Of a stretch of 64,000 nucleotides of DNA, positions 37,739-51,833 are shown one piece after another. The notes beneath the pieces were generated by a model. It was not told the origin of the DNA, did not search any database, and saw only the letters and a program-made list of their open reading frames with translations. Position 1 is the stretch's first letter. The number at the start of each line of letters is the position of its first letter. Source of the DNA: Laetmonice hystrix (lineage: Eukaryota); assembly GCA_965235115.1 (NCBI GenBank), contig OZ249436.1:47866001-47930000 (forward strand), in the 5' to 3' direction. Position numbers and translations under genes: made by a program.

Positions 37739-38218
37739 GTAAGTCTGAAGTCGGGATAAAACCCACTGGTTAGGCCCAGGGACCAGAGTGATATGTTGGC
37801 CTACCCACTGCTCCAATGGTAAGTCTGAGGTCTGGATCAGACACTGGTTAGGCCGAGGGACCAGAGTGATATGTTGGCCTACCCACTGCTCCAATGGTAA
37901 GTCTGAAGTCTGGATCAGACACTGGTTAGGCCCAGGGACCAGAGTGATATGTTGGCCTACCCACTGCTCAAATGGTAAATCTGAAGTCGGGATCAAACCC
38001 ACTGGTTAGGCCCAGGGACCAGAGTGATATGTTGGCCTACCCACTGCTCCAATGGTAAGTCTGAGGTCTGAATCAGACACTGGTTAGGCCCAGGGACCAG
38101 AGTGATATGTTGGCCTACCCACTGCTCCAATGGTAAGTCTGAAGTCGGGATAAAACCCACTGGTTAGGCCCAGGGACCAGAGTGATATGTTGGCCTACCC
38201 ACTGCTTCAATAATAAGT
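37707..38218 (+). repeat. Tandem repeat (78/80-bp units, 6 plus a partial) made of a PARP exon 3' end and its splice donor
   Basis: Units start at 37707, 37787, 37865, 37943, 38023, 38101 and 38181. Confidence 0.95.
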
Positions 38219-41200
38219 TGACAGGCACAGGGCTGTCCATTTGTCGCTATGTAGCAGGAAAAATCTGAGCGACAGATATATGAGAACAGGTCTTTGATTT
38301 GGAGATAGTGACCCATGATTTCAAGTGAAAGCTCTGTAACTACGCATTTAATCTATGATGAGTAGCAAGACGGAGACATGCAGTGCTTTTGTACTGTTTT
38401 TACTGTGTTGGTAAAGTTTGTCAGATTTGAACTTTAATTTGAACAGATAATACCTGGACATCTTTTCCCAACACCCCGGCCGCCTACTCTCACCCAATTT
38501 CTTGCAAAATAGCTGCAAAATTTGCTGGGTTTAATAGTTTTGGTGTGCAGATTTCATTCAAATCTCACTTACCGATAATGTACTGACGGCCAGTAGACGG
38601 GATGACAAGTTTGAAACAAGTGACGTTACTGGCAATTGGATTAACAAGCCTTCGATCGAAAAAGACAATTTTACGATTCATGGGAGACTTACTCTTTCTG
38701 TGAGTTCTATGATTTTTAATTGCAATGTCTTTTATAGTTATCCCACATCGTAGCTACTGCTACAGTACTTATGTGAACCTGAAAGCAAAGATGCAGCAAA
38801 ACTGCAAAACTTGCCTGCTGAGTTAATATTGTTTAATTGTACTCCATAATGTGGCCAACCAGCCACCTTCTAATTAATTCTGTCATTTTGCTCCATGTAG
38901 CCTACCACTCATAGTCTCCGCTGCGACATACGGGCCGCAGTGGCTCAGTGCTCTTTGCTTTTGGTTAGTGATCACAACTCAGAAAGTTTTAATTTCCTAT
39001 ATTGCTTCAAGGTCCGCCATCATGACATTTTCCGTGTAAGTCTTCTTCCCACAGCTGAAAATGAAATCAGGAAATTTACTTGGTGAAAGTCCTCTAGATC
39101 CTGAAGAAAAGCTTTGACTAATGAAACCTTAATTAATAGTCAATTAGCACAGCACTAGAAGATGCCGCGGTTCTTGTCGTGTTTTTCCTGTACGTCAGTC
39201 GGACAGTAAACTTCACTTGACACAGAATAACTGGAGAGGTATTGAGGTTCAGCAAATGGCGGTTAGAGCAGTAAAACGTCTTCTCTTATTCTGCCTGCCA
39301 TGGCTAGGAGCCGTGATGTAGTACTCTTGAGGTATCTCAATAAAACCTGATGGCTCCATCTACCGCTGTTATACATATGTCGCGCTATACCTTATATATT
39401 CATAACTATATCTTCGGATAAGTAAAAAGTCTGATGACAGTTGAAGGGTTTCATGTTAATATTATATATTCTGCTTATTAAACATGTACTGGATCCCTCC
39501 CATATTGTATGATTCACTTCGGATGGATTATCCGCCTGATAACTAGATGCCTGAGGTACTCAATGCTATCATTACGCGTGATAACTAGATGCCTGGGGTA
39601 CTCAATGCTATCATTGCGGCGCGAAGTCTTCCTCTTCTAATGATAATTGGAACTGATATAGCGGCAAAGATGTTTTCCCAAGTCTGGCTTGATGCAAATC
39701 TCCTAAGTCGTCACTGAGCGCAGATGTTCCGTTTCCGTATCGCATAGTCTCCGATGTTGCAGAGATTTACAAATTTGTAACTTCCTCATTTAGAGGGGTG
39801 TCCCCTGAAATGTTTGAAAGTAGGGGAGATGGCGGTGGCGTTGAATATACCAACTAATACAAGACCCAGCTCGGATGTGTAACATGTTTGCAAAAAGCCA
39901 GGTAGTCATATCGTAGGTACAGAGATTTCGACCGTAATAGTTGCATGAAGTGGGAGTTGAAGTATTGTCTATTGTATACTTGGAAATAAAATAAAATTAC
40001 TGAGGCAAACGTTGAAAGCTTGGAATATATTAATCAATGGATGTAAGAAGCACAACAATCGAAGTAGTTCTTGTGTAAATTGAACTTTTTCTTCCTCTGT
40101 AAGACCTGCATACAAATGTGGCTATGAGACAGTGGCTCGCTGCATATTCCACCGTGGGGCAGGGACGGACCGGGGGGGGGGGGGGGGGCAGAACCCGCCC
40201 CTGTGAGGCGTCAATGGAATTTATCCCAAAACACTCTATAAGACTGAAACATTGCAGAAACAAAACTCTCTCCGTATCTTGTACATTTAGTATATTACTT
40301 TATTGATAGATCGGTAGCAATATGAGCACTTGCTGTGTTGAAGAAAAAATCTTGTTACAATAGCGTTTAATGGAATCCTGTCACACAGCTCAGTACATTA
40401 TAGTCGTCAGTGGTTCTAGGTTGTGTGAAGGGTCTGTTTTATACCTGTTTTTACGGGGCACTCTGTAGTTTGAAACCACTTTCAAAATTTGAAATGTAAT
40501 CTGTGATAAATATTATATATTAAAAAAAAAATAAAAAACGATTTTAACGAAATGTCACGGTAAATTTAAGATCACTGTGAGTGGGAAGTAATGTCCTACA
40601 GTTTTAAGGTTTGCTTGCTATTTGAAATGCTACTCAAATATCGTGGAGTTTTTTTGAGCTCTTCTGTCTGTCTGCGTGCTCCCCCTCCGGCCCTATGGTG
40701 TTTCGTTCACAAGACTCGATTGTAATGAAAGTGGTAGCATGGCTTCAACGTGTTAAAATCCCCGACAAGTTTGACACAGTCACCCGAAAAAAATAGTTTG
40801 TTCTCCAGAATTTCCCCAGACCAAATCTAATATGAGGGAAACCAAATGTTCCATTCAGTTTGCTTTTTTTTCAGCAGAAAAAGGTCAACTATCCCGCTGC
40901 TGAGCTTTAGATTTGATTTGTAACAGGACAACAAAATTATTGAAAGTAGGCACGCATAATGCAGACAAAAAGGTCTTATAAAATATTGCACAGAGTACTA
41001 ATTGTAATAGTCAGTGCTTGTCAGTGATCTTTCTGGCTAAATAACATTCCAGTCAGTTCAATGAAATATGGTAAAAATAATTGATAATTCTTTGCGGCAG
41101 ATTTTACATTTAAGTGGAAAATATCAAATTGCATTTCGAAACCACCCTCATAGTTGTCTCGGTAATACTGGTATTATTGACTGGTTTGTAATTGCTGGAC

Positions 41201-41290
41201 CAGTGGCAGTCAGTACTGTGCCTTTTGTGTCAAATATAAAGTGCATGACAGAGATTTTTTTTAAAATTAAGGTTTCCCTTTTCTCCACAG

Positions 41291-41339
41291 GATTATCACA
41301 AGCAATCGGTCGCACATTGTCAAGCTTCCCCCGGAGAAG
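41291..41339 (+). CDS. PARP8: PARP8-like exon (IITSNRSHIVKLPPEK)
   Basis: Matches VISSNRSHIVKLP. ctccacag / gtaagt sites. Confidence 0.93.
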
Positions 41340-43224
41340 GTAAGTTAATAAGGTCGTAAACGGCTGTCGGGATTTGTTGCCAATAATTCTTTCTACAAAA
41401 TTTCTGCAACGTCACAAAACGGGGTGTATACAGCTATACATTATGTACCATCCTAAGTCATGCAATTTGAGGTCAGATTTCAAACTTTACACTTTACACT
41501 TCGTACTTTACACTGGACTTGATCAGATAACTAGTTCAAGTCTCACCATTTTCTGTTGTTAGAGACAAACAGAAAGTTCTCTGGTACAACATGCCTGGAT
41601 TTTCCGAATAACACTCTCTCTAAAGATAATGAAAAGGCAGTTATCTTGCTAAGTATGCCAGAAAAAAACATCTTAAACATACGATTTGAACTAATGAAAG
41701 CGGAAATCTGATGTTAAATTTATAGTCCTTCAAAGGTGGATGTGATGGTGCCTTGTCCACATTTATTTTCATCCTGAAGATGTTTATCACGTGATTTCAT
41801 TGAGGCCGTGACGTCATTACTCATAGAAAGATAGAAAAAGGCCTCTGCATCCATAATTTCTACTTGTCCCGAGAACTGTTCTCGGTGATGCCAAATTCTG
41901 CGGCAAGAGGCCGTTTTAGGATAAGTAAATGAAAAGACCAATTTCGTATAAATCTCCCCAGTGTTACAGAGAGAGGCGTGTGCAAGCCTTTAATATTATA
42001 ACCTGTTCAAATATTATAAGTATTTAATGCTGTCTTGTTGTGGACAAGTATTGATGCCTGTTGCCCCTGGTACTAAAATAGCATTGCCCCTGTTCATTTC
42101 TTCTTTTGTGTATTTTTCTGGTTCTCTTCCTCTCGTCCATTGTGCCTGATTTCATTCGTGCCAAGTGGTGTGATTACATTTCATCAATGACTGTCACAAG
42201 AAGTAGTGTTGACTAGATTGGTGTCTTTCTGCGTCTTGTTTATTTTATGCCAGATATTGATCAAATGCTAATTCTTATTATGGCAAAGTTGTTTCTAATC
42301 GCCAGTGTGATATTGGAAAATTTCGGTTAAATGTCCCCATAGAGTTCTGTTTACAGTAAACCCGCATTATTCCGCCACACTCATCGCCAGGAAAATTTCT
42401 AAAATCTAAAAATGGTTTTAAATTCAACATTTTATTCAATACCGAATTCCCCTACGGTTAACACCAGCGGAATTTTCGAAAGAATTGTAAAATATTAAGG
42501 AATCATTCCTCCAAAAGATGAATTCAAACTCTGAATTCTGAATCATATTCTGCCGTCGGAGCATATTGCCACTGCCAATACCGACAGACTCGAGTCATAT
42601 AGTGTTTTCGATCATCGTGCACATCGTTTTATTGCCACTTCAGATCGTGATCAAATACTTGTTTAGGAGGGTCAACAGCAGCCACTTGAGTAAATCCCCT
42701 CCCCCCTCCCCCCTCCCCCCTCCAGACCTCCTGTGCCAGGGAATGAGGTTGGGAGATGAGAAACGTAACGCGCGCTGATTGGAACCGAACGGATGGGAGT
42801 GTCAGTGAACTTGATGGAAAGTTTTACAATGACAGCCGTTAATGTGTGTTTGGTGTATGGCGGGAACAGTGCGCTTGGCGTCTCCTCATCTCTCAGACTC
42901 TCGTAATTAAAAGTACTAATTTGACGGGACTTTGAAGGCTCATCTATTAACAGATTGGATGAGGTAGAGTTAGAGTATGAGAGTTTAGGTAGAGGAGGGA
43001 TTCTAGTCATATACATCATGTCTTGACCATGGTTAAGATTAATTAATTGACGAGAAACGGAAATAAAACGTTTTGTACCATTGGAGAACCTGATAATGTT
43101 TCGTCTCTTTCGCCCTCAACTTTCAACCTCCAATTTAACGTAAGCCTGCTTGTTATGAGACAGCGCCAAAAATTAAAAAAAAATAATTAAAATTGTTCTG
43201 TCATCTTTTTTGTTGCTGTAACAG

Positions 43225-43337
43225 CGAATTAGTTTCATGCACACGCCCCACCAGTTCTTACTAATGTCGTCACCGCCCGCCAAGGAAGCTGTCTTCAGGG
43301 CTGCTCGCAAACAGTACGGCTCCACGTTTGCCTTCCA
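43225..43337 (+). CDS. PARP8: PARP8-like exon (RISFMHTPHQFLLMSSPPAKEAVFRAARKQYGSTFAFH)
   Basis: Start of the ART catalytic domain. taacag / gtaagt sites. Confidence 0.95.
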
Positions 43338-46300
43338 GTAAGTCATGTTTACACATTTCTCATTACACGTAGCTAATCCCACCAGTCTATCTCTGTTAAT
43401 ATTGTGTGTGTTTGCCAATGACATGTAATCAGTCTTTGGTCTGGTAGCAACGTTTATTTTGTTGGTCGTCTGATAAGTATTGATAATCTGCCCTGTTTAA
43501 GGAAATGCGTTTAAATTACCTAGGTACTTGCATGCTTTCATTTCATTGGTCGTTCTAGGTTTTAAAAGTAGGTTTATTATAAAAAATCTCTTGATTGCTT
43601 GTACTGATCTATTATATCCATGGTAGATAATTTTGCTGTACTTCTTCCCTCTCTAGACCAAAATGTGTATAACATTTCATAGCAAACGTTACATACAGAG
43701 TGAATGCCCCCTTAAAATATAATAATTTATAATAAATATATAATTTCCTCATGTCCGCAGTGTCGGAGAGGATATTGAATGGCATTTCTTCGATACCTTT
43801 TTGGTAAAATGGAATTGGAGTAAAATTAATTTTATATAGTCATGATAAAATAAGCTTTTCTCTGCCTGAGGCATCAGGGAGGAAACTTGTCCCTTGAGAC
43901 ATTACAATGTATATAAAATGTTTCGTCACAGAAGTGGCAATTGTAGAAAAATAAAAATTCTACAAAACGGAATAAGGAGTGGCGTCCTGTGAAAATGTTA
44001 TTCCCCAACGTAACGTGTCCTGAGTTAAAGGGGATGCTCCCATCATGTGGAGTTTTTGGGCGTGAATCGGGAGAACAGATCACAGAGTCAGTATAGCGGG
44101 AGGAGGGGGCGAGATGTAAGCTGGCGCTGTGTGATACAAACATCTCCTTGTATGGCCACACTGGGTAGGTGTAGCCCGATACATGTATAGCAATAACTTC
44201 AGTACTATACATTAAGCTAGCTCAGTGTCGCAAATCGTAAAGAAAGATTTTGACTGTTTTTGTGGCATGGTCTTGAGAAGAGTTTTGCATTGCAATCAAA
44301 TTAAGAGAAAACTTGGTAATTGGATATGAAAAGCCAGACATCTAGTTGAGTCAGCTTAAGTTGGTAATCATATTAAAGTCCTAGATTTAGAGCGTTGATA
44401 ACAAGGTTTTAGTACTGGCTCAGATTTTTTTACTGCACGCGCAGTAAATACTCGACAATCCGATTTTTGAATGGGTGATGAGTAGGAAGTGAAGCAGTCT
44501 GTACTTCTCAACGGTGAACGTGAAGTGATGCCTTTGTGTAGCCAGTTCTCTGCCTTTGTGTAACCAGTTCTGCCTTTGTGTAACCAGCTGTGACAGAAGT
44601 GCTGAATTACATGCAGGATGGGGCGCTGAAAAACTCGCCAGAAACGGGACACACAAGCACTCTCCTGATTAAAGTCCAGTCATTTACCGACCTACCAAAT
44701 CAGATATTACCATTGGCTCTAGTGGATACAAAAACCGAAGTTCAGCACAATGTTTTAACTAGGAAAGATGACCTTTTCGGAGGTGGATAATACCATCACT
44801 GTTTGTGTGTTCTGGCTGGATGACTCTCATGTTGATGATTTTAGCAAGAGCCTGGCCAAAGAGCCTCATCTGGGAGACTGAATCCTAAATGTGTCCTCAA
44901 CAAGTAATGGGCACAATTTGATTTATATCCAACATTTGGGCAGTAATGGGTACCTCATTAAATCCCGAAAAGAGACATAGTTTATCACTGGTGTGCCAAA
45001 AGGTACATAAATGTTTTGCAGGGTGATGATCCCTGGTGATCTATACCCTAATGAGACGGTATAGATGAGGAAAGCCTGGCGCTTGTAGGGGACAAACGCC
45101 CACCTGAACCCCTACACACACAGCTCTAGGTGTCTGCTCTATGGCCACCCACACACCCACTCTACAAGAGCGCAGGTGTTCACTCCCAGACGTTGTAATG
45201 CGGCACACTTCATCACTGCCCTTTCGGCGTAGGAATACAGCCGGAACCTATCTAAATTATGCCGTTACCGCCGGCTGTGACGGCGCTAGAACATCCTTTA
45301 CATGATGGTTGTCATTTGTATTTACTGACAGGCTTCCGTCTCCGGGTCTTCTCTCAGTAATCCCAGGCCTTGTTCTAAATGTGATGAACCATGAAAAGAA
45401 TATCATTTAATGAGTATGGCGCTGTCCCGCTGTGCGGGTTTCTTATTAAATCATCTCATCCTGATGACCCATCCGTAAATGACTTGTTCTCGCCGCAAAG
45501 GTTACCGACAGAGCGTAAGGCGACCGGGCAGCACCGCCACCAGAATGTATGGGGGCTTGACGCCAGCTCCAGTCTGTAGCACCAAGTAAACTAGCGGTAT
45601 TTTACTTAGGAAAGGATGAAAATCACGCCGCTGACTCGGTGATTTTTTGTAGTGGCTGGATTTTGATGTTTAATTACGTCAAACCGTGCAAAAGACCGTC
45701 AACGTGATGCACTTAAAAATGTTTGTAGTTGCAGATTGGCAATTAAGTTTGTCATCCTCTGTATTATTGGTAATAAACTATTCAGTGGTGTTTTGATTGG
45801 CCGACCAATTGTTATTAGAGTAGGGGTGACTACCCGATTCCTTTGGGAGAAAGAGAGCAAGAATCCCACAGAAATCCGAGTAATTCGCAGCGTTTTTAAT
45901 ATTTTGCGTCATTAAACGAAAATGTCAGTACTGTTATGTATAAACCGTGTTCCGGCAATTTTTCTCAGGATAATTAAGAAAATTAACAAAACTGATAATG
46001 GTCTTTGGCAGTGTTTAATGGGAAGGGAATGATTAAGTTTTTAATGATTAATATCCGGATAAAGATGACTAATTACTGATGCGTCATGCCTGTAGATTAA
46101 TACTAGGTTCCCTTGCTGAGAGAAAACTATGATGTTAAAGACGCCAGGAGCAAAGTGGCAAAAGTAACTGGATTTGGGTGTCACAGATGACCAGGACCGA
46201 GTCTGTTATGGACGGGCCTAGCAGTGCAGCCAGGGGGGCGGACATGATGGCTTTCATGTCTGCTATCTGTCCTTAACGCTGAGTTGAAGTTGTTGCTGAT

Positions 46301-46698
46301 GAAGGAAAACATCTTGAAGGCAGACGGTGGAAGTTGTCGATGGTGGTGGGTGATAAGGGAAGGACCTCAGGGAAGGGACCCTGTCCTAGCCTGTCCTGGC
46401 CTCTGGCCGGCCGCCATCAACACACCAGACGGGCCGCTTCATGATAACCGGACCCGGGGGTGGGGGTGAAAAAAACCAGGTGTTCAAAACTGATGATGTG
46501 GAGGCGAAATATAATCAAAGGTTTGCAGGGGCCCTCTGGCTACAATCCCCGGTCCCCACTACACCCTCCAAAGAAGGATAATGAGCAAATTTTGTGGAAA
46601 TACATTTCCTTCAACTCTCCCGCCCCCTCCAAATAAGGTAAACCTTTCCATGAAAAACCTCCCCACTGATTACGGGTGTTATCTTGTTTTTCTTCCAG

Positions 46699-46885
46699 TG
46701 GATCCCACATCGAGAACTGGCACTCGATAATGCGAATCGGCCTTATCAACGCGTCGGGAACCAAGCACCAGATGCATGGCGACGCGTATGGTAAAGGCAT
46801 TTATCTGAGTCCTCAGGCTAGTGTCTCATTCGGCTACTCGGGAATGGGCTATGGACATTACAAGGCACAGAAGGGCACTAAGGTG
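46699..46885 (+). CDS. PARP8: PARP8-like catalytic exon (GSHIENWHSIMRIGLINASGTKHQMHGDAYGKGIYLSPQASVSFGYSG...)
   Basis: HGS and GIYLS catalytic motifs. ttccag / GTG|gtaagt sites. An alternative donor 3 nt upstream is possible. Confidence 0.95.
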
Positions 46886-47537
46886 GTAAGTATCCTTTAT
46901 GGGGCCCGCTTCACTCTGTCATGAAACAGGATGCATTTATTTTATGCCAGTGAAATCTTTTCATCAAAGTGAAGGTAAACTGAAAAAAAATTAACACATT
47001 ATTAACACATCTGTATGATACTTGGAGTCCTGGGCCCGGTCTCAGAAATGTTAGCATCTTAACTTAAGGACCTAGGACCTCTGATTGGCTGGTCCTCTGC
47101 TGCTCGGCTTCAACCAGCCAATGAGAGGCCCTAAGCAAAGCTTAACTTAAGATCCTACTCTTTCTGAAACTCAGTTCGTAAAAACTTAAGATCTTGCTTA
47201 AGCTTAATGTTGACGCTTCTGATTGGTTTGGTCTAAGCCAATTACTTCATTTTGGGTATATTTCCGTGCGGAATTTACGGGCGAAATAGGATCATTGCCA
47301 TTGAACTGAAAAAGACGATTGTCTTTTACCCGTTTTTTGTTGTTGTTTTTTTTTTGTTTTTTTGTGAGTCATTATAGTCACAGGAAAACGATGATATTTG
47401 TACATAATTTAGGGTATCGCATAAATATCTTGTCTGTGATACGTGCCAGACCGTCATATAAGAGGTAGCAGTATTTTTTTAATACTTTCTGCACATTATC
47501 GAGTTCAATCTTTCATGATTTTTAACAGTCAGGAGGG

Positions 47538-47855
47538 GGGTCCGGGGTGGTGCAGTGGCTAGAGCACGAGACCTTTGATCCAAAGTTCGAGCCGCGGCCT
47601 CGCCAGCCTTTCCTCCATAGCAGTGCTGCCGACTGCTTTATCAAAGGCCAGCCGTGTCATGATATGTCTTTGTGGAGGGGCACGTTAAAGATCCCTTGGA
47701 ATCTATCGAAAAGAGTAGAGATCGCCCCGGTGCGCGGGTTTCTTCCTATCATCTCATCATTATCACCCAATGGATTTCACCGACTGAGTTAGTTACCTTG
47801 TTCTCACCCTGAAACACTCCTGACTGGGCGTTAAACACTAACTACTCACAACTAC
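47538..47855 (+). mobile_element. tRNA-derived SINE with a Meta/MESC-like domain
   Basis: A box tggtgcagtgg, B-box-like gttcgagcc, atcaaaggcc...aagatcccttg...tcgaaaagagtag core, and ggcgttaaac followed by a short repeat tail. Confidence 0.75.
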
Positions 47856-48540
47856 GCAGTGATAAAAGTTTCAAAGGGAAGCCATTCTGTGAACGCATGA
47901 AATAAGATTCCTTACTTACCTCTCGGTGCATGATAAGTGGGAAATGTTAGGTTTCTTTTTCTGCACTAAACCAACAATAATGAAGTCAATCATGGTTGGT
48001 TCTACCGTTCAAAGGCTAAAAGTGCAGATGTGAAATAGTGTAAGCTGTAATTTGCGAAATAATCTAACAGAGCCTCGGGAATTTAAGATCCTAATTGTCA
48101 TCGCGCCTTGTGCGGTCTCCCAGTAATATAAAGCTCAAACCCTCACCCACATAGCCAATCCTCTCGAGCGCATATATCCGGTTCCCATGTCACATTAGAA
48201 GCACAAAGTCCCTGGGAGAATGAACAGAAACCTCAAATATACCTGCGGGACCTCTACAGTAGAATGCAGTAGGTAACGTAAGAATGTCATTAAAATGGTT
48301 TTATGTTGACGGCTGTGGTTAGATGAGGGTCGTATTACCCCGCGCTGGTTGCCTTGATCACTCCAGGTGGCTGGCTGATACATAGACTTTGGGACTGACT
48401 TGGTCGTACTCGTACCAACTCGGGTATAAGGACACAAAATCGGGGTTTAGTGGGCCGTGAAAACCTCAGGCCTAAATGTTCATGGGGCAATTAGATATAA
48501 ACATCTGTGGTTTCATTGACAGACACATTGTGTTTATGAT

Positions 48541-48645
48541 ACGTTTTTAAGACGCAAGTGTTGTTTTTAAGACACGAGTGTTGTTTTTAAGACACAGGTG
48601 TTGTTTTAAAGACAAAAGTGTTGTTTTTAAGAAACAAGTGTTGTG
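48541..48645. repeat. Tandem repeat, 20-bp unit, ~5 copies
   Basis: gtgttgtttttaagacac.. is repeated. Confidence 0.85.
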
Positions 48646-49723
48646 ACGATATGTTTGTAATGTAGCTGTCAAACTTGTGCCCGTGTGCGGTTATTTTTGA
48701 TGACTGCTGGACGTATATTAGGAAACCTAACCCTTTTCTAGCTGATTGTTTTTGACACAAGCCACCCCTTCAAGGTGTAAATATATCAGTGAATGTTGCT
48801 AAACGTGCTTAGAATGATGGATGGTCAATTAACGATAAGCAAAGTTAACATCTCTACATAAGGACAGGTATGGCACGACTAACCTAATCATGTAGTGCTA
48901 CTTGATTATTGTCTTACTGGGGTCCATCATTTTCATCTGACAAATAGGTCTTACTCCCAGATCAGGTGGTTATATTGATGTGAGAGATAAGGAAGGTTAT
49001 ATAAAAGTACCCAATCATAATGTAGCCTGGATAGAAAGATATCCGTTAAAATTTCAGGTTATGGGGTTATGTTAGCGCTCCGAGTTACTGTTCGGTCCGA
49101 CCGCTATTTCTTGAAGCCAGCGCAGGCTGCTAGCAGTAATCTATTTATACGGCATAAAGTATGTCCAAATAGCAGAGACATATTTTTTCATTCCATATTT
49201 AAAAAAATACTTTTGCTTATCGCTCGAACCTGAAATTTTAACATAGTGTCCCTGGGGTTCAAAGGTACGTATTTGAGGAATTTGGGGTGCCGCTTTAAGG
49301 GTTTGGGGGTTTTCTTCGATACGTTCCGTGATCTGAACGGAAGAACAGTTTCTCAGGATTATGAACTTATTTGCTTTTTCTTAAACTTCAATGCCTTTTT
49401 ATCGATTTTATTTATTTTTTTTCGCTAGCTGCTCTCTTTCGTTCAGCCGTTGACCCGTCTAGTATAGTAGAGAGAATTACACCGGTGGTAGAGATGAGAA
49501 AAGACAGAGAGATCTCGGAGGGTTAGAAAAAAACCCCACATCACTGACTATTTTTAATATGGTCACTTGTTCCGATGTTAACTGAGCCAAGTATTACTAT
49601 TAGCTTGTGACGAGTCAATGCCCAAAGGTTCAGAATCGGCCAGAATTACTGTCAGCTGGACGAACCTTAGATTTCGTGTTTATAATACTTAATAATTAAT
49701 GAAACATTATTTTTTACTGATAG

Positions 49724-49787
49724 GAAGGAAAGTCAAGCTCCCGATTTCTAAACAGCAAGAACCTGACCTGCATCGCATTGTGTGAAG
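49724..49787 (+). CDS. PARP8: PARP8-like exon (EGKSSSRFLNSKNLTCIALCE)
   Basis: Matches FLQSRNLKCIALCE. tgatag / gtaagt sites. Confidence 0.92.
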
Positions 49788-50412
49788 GTAAGTCTGAGTA
49801 TGGATTTGTCTCTAATTAGAAAATATTTTAAGAGGAGTGAACTTCATTAATGATGCCCTCTGTGTCAGACTATATAAAACAAATAAAGCTCAGCCATTCG
49901 ACGACTTCTACCGAATGTTTTTATTGCCAAAGTTCATTGGCCTTTATTCTGTTTTTAACATTGGCATTGGGGGATACCTTGTATATAGTACTAGCAAGAA
50001 CCCGTGCGCCGCACGGGACTGAAGGGGGCTAAAAGGGGTCGACCATGAAGTACAAACACACAAAATCATGGAAAAATGCCCCCCTGTCCCAGTCCCTTGC
50101 GTATGATCTTAATGGACGGCCCCTAACTGAGGCTAAGCGGTATGGTGAGAGCTGCTCCACGGTCTCGAGAGAAATGATACACAACTTTCCCCTCGGAGAG
50201 GGTCAGAGTCTCTTGGACTACAGGACAGATCAACGGGCTCACCAACAGGGCGGCCGGGTGTGGGGGTCGAGTCCGTGGCACAGGCTTGACATCAATTATG
50301 TTGAAAAGTGGCTCGATTGTCGCGATTGCCGTAAATGGGGTCAGTTATTGGCTGGAGACCTGCCTCTGCTGCTGCCCTTGACTGCCGCACCAGAGATGGT
50401 GCGGCCAGACTG

Positions 50413-50426
50413 CCACTAGAGGGCGC
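50413..50426 (+). promoter_or_regulatory. CTCF consensus-like motif
   Basis: CCACTAGAGGGCGC. Motif match only, and it may belong to a repeat. Confidence 0.35.
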
Positions 50427-50850
50427 AGGTCTCCAGCCAAGGTCAGTTGTCGTAGCCGATCAACAACAACAACAATGGCGGACAGTTCGGGCGGTTGTAG
50501 TTAAACATGTGCCAAAAAATGCCTCACAGCGCCAAGGAAACAAATATTAAAACACATCAAAACAAACAATACTGTAAATATGCCTGGCGTACTTTCACCT
50601 TGATGCTTCGAAAGGAAAAAGCGGTAGAGCGATGACAACGCAGCCCCCTTACGGTATTAGTATATAGATTGGTAACCTGTCATTGTGCTACATGGTGTAC
50701 CCTCAGGAACCAGATCCCCGTTGGTCTTGCTCGCCTGGGGCCCATCTCACTCAAGGCTGGTTAATAACCATTAAGTTAACATAGGAGTGAATGGAAGGCT
50801 GCTAGTTACAGTAACCATTCCATTCACTCCTATGTTAACTTAACGATCTG

Positions 50851-51833
50851 GGCCCATATTCATAAAAGCCTGCTAAGCCTAGTTGGCAACTATTTTGGGC
50901 CTTAGCTGCCAACTAAGCCTAGTTGGATACTAGATATTATTCATAAAATGCCGCTTAGCTTAGTTGACTGCTAAATTGTCTGCTAACTTTAGAGGTGATC
51001 TTGGGTACCTCCAAGTCACTAGTTGACAACTAATTTGTATGTTTGACTCTGACGTGAAAGCATGGCTAGACGGATGAGGAGGGATAGAGTATTCAGAGAC
51101 AGGCGTAATCCAATTGATATTTTTGTGATGATGAATTGATATAAAGAGATATCGATTTTCACGGGAAGGCATCATGTTTAATAATGTTTATGTTTATAAC
51201 TTTTCAAATGTTTGTTGGCGATCCCATACAAATATCACAATAAACCTCCTGCCGAGGTGTCAACAGAGTTTAACGAGCACTATCTGGGAAAATTAACAAC
51301 TCTGTAAAGTTGCCTGAATAAGGGGAAGTTGATATAATTTAAGATGAACAGGATCAGGAACTTCCCAGGTGTTATAGGCTTTGTTGACACATATTTGGAT
51401 AATTTCACCCCATCTTAATGAGGCGGACTATATCAGCAGGAAAGGTTATCACTCCATAAACGTTCAAGTGATATGTGACCATAAGGGGAAATGGATAAAC
51501 ATTGTTCATAGATGACATCCTTGGTTGGTCCTTTAGAACTGTCTCTACATTGATTTCTATAGGCACACACAGCTCTATTATTAGACACATAAACATGCCA
51601 TCCCTATTGAAAGTGAAACTGACGCGCGTTGTGATTTGTGGTTTGGCTCACGGCCAACTGCTAAGTTAACAACCAACTAAATCCTAGTTGACAACTACCT
51701 GGCACTGTCCCTATCAGGGTTTTATGAATCTGGAAATAGCAGGTAACTATGGAGCAGGAAACTAGGCATTTAGCAGCCTGCTAAGGCCTAGTTGGCTGCT
51801 AGTTTAGTAGCTAGGGTTTTATGAATATGGGCC
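50851..51833 (+). mobile_element. Internally deleted PIF/Harbinger transposon
   Basis: Perfect 17-bp TIR ggcccatattcataaaa / ttttatgaatatgggcc, 3-bp TSD ctg, and transposase remnants inside. Confidence 0.88.
51062..51506 (+). pseudogene. Harbinger/HARBI1-like DDE transposase fragments (frameshifted)
   Basis: MARRMRRDRVFRDRRNPIDIF...RYRFSREGIMF and FPGVIGFVD / [39 protein letters not shown] in broken frames. Confidence 0.85.

Noticed and set aside
38551..38699. AG/GT-bounded open stretch in a PARP intron
   Set aside because: The only open frame is phase 1-0, incompatible with the phase-2 intron, and it has no homology.
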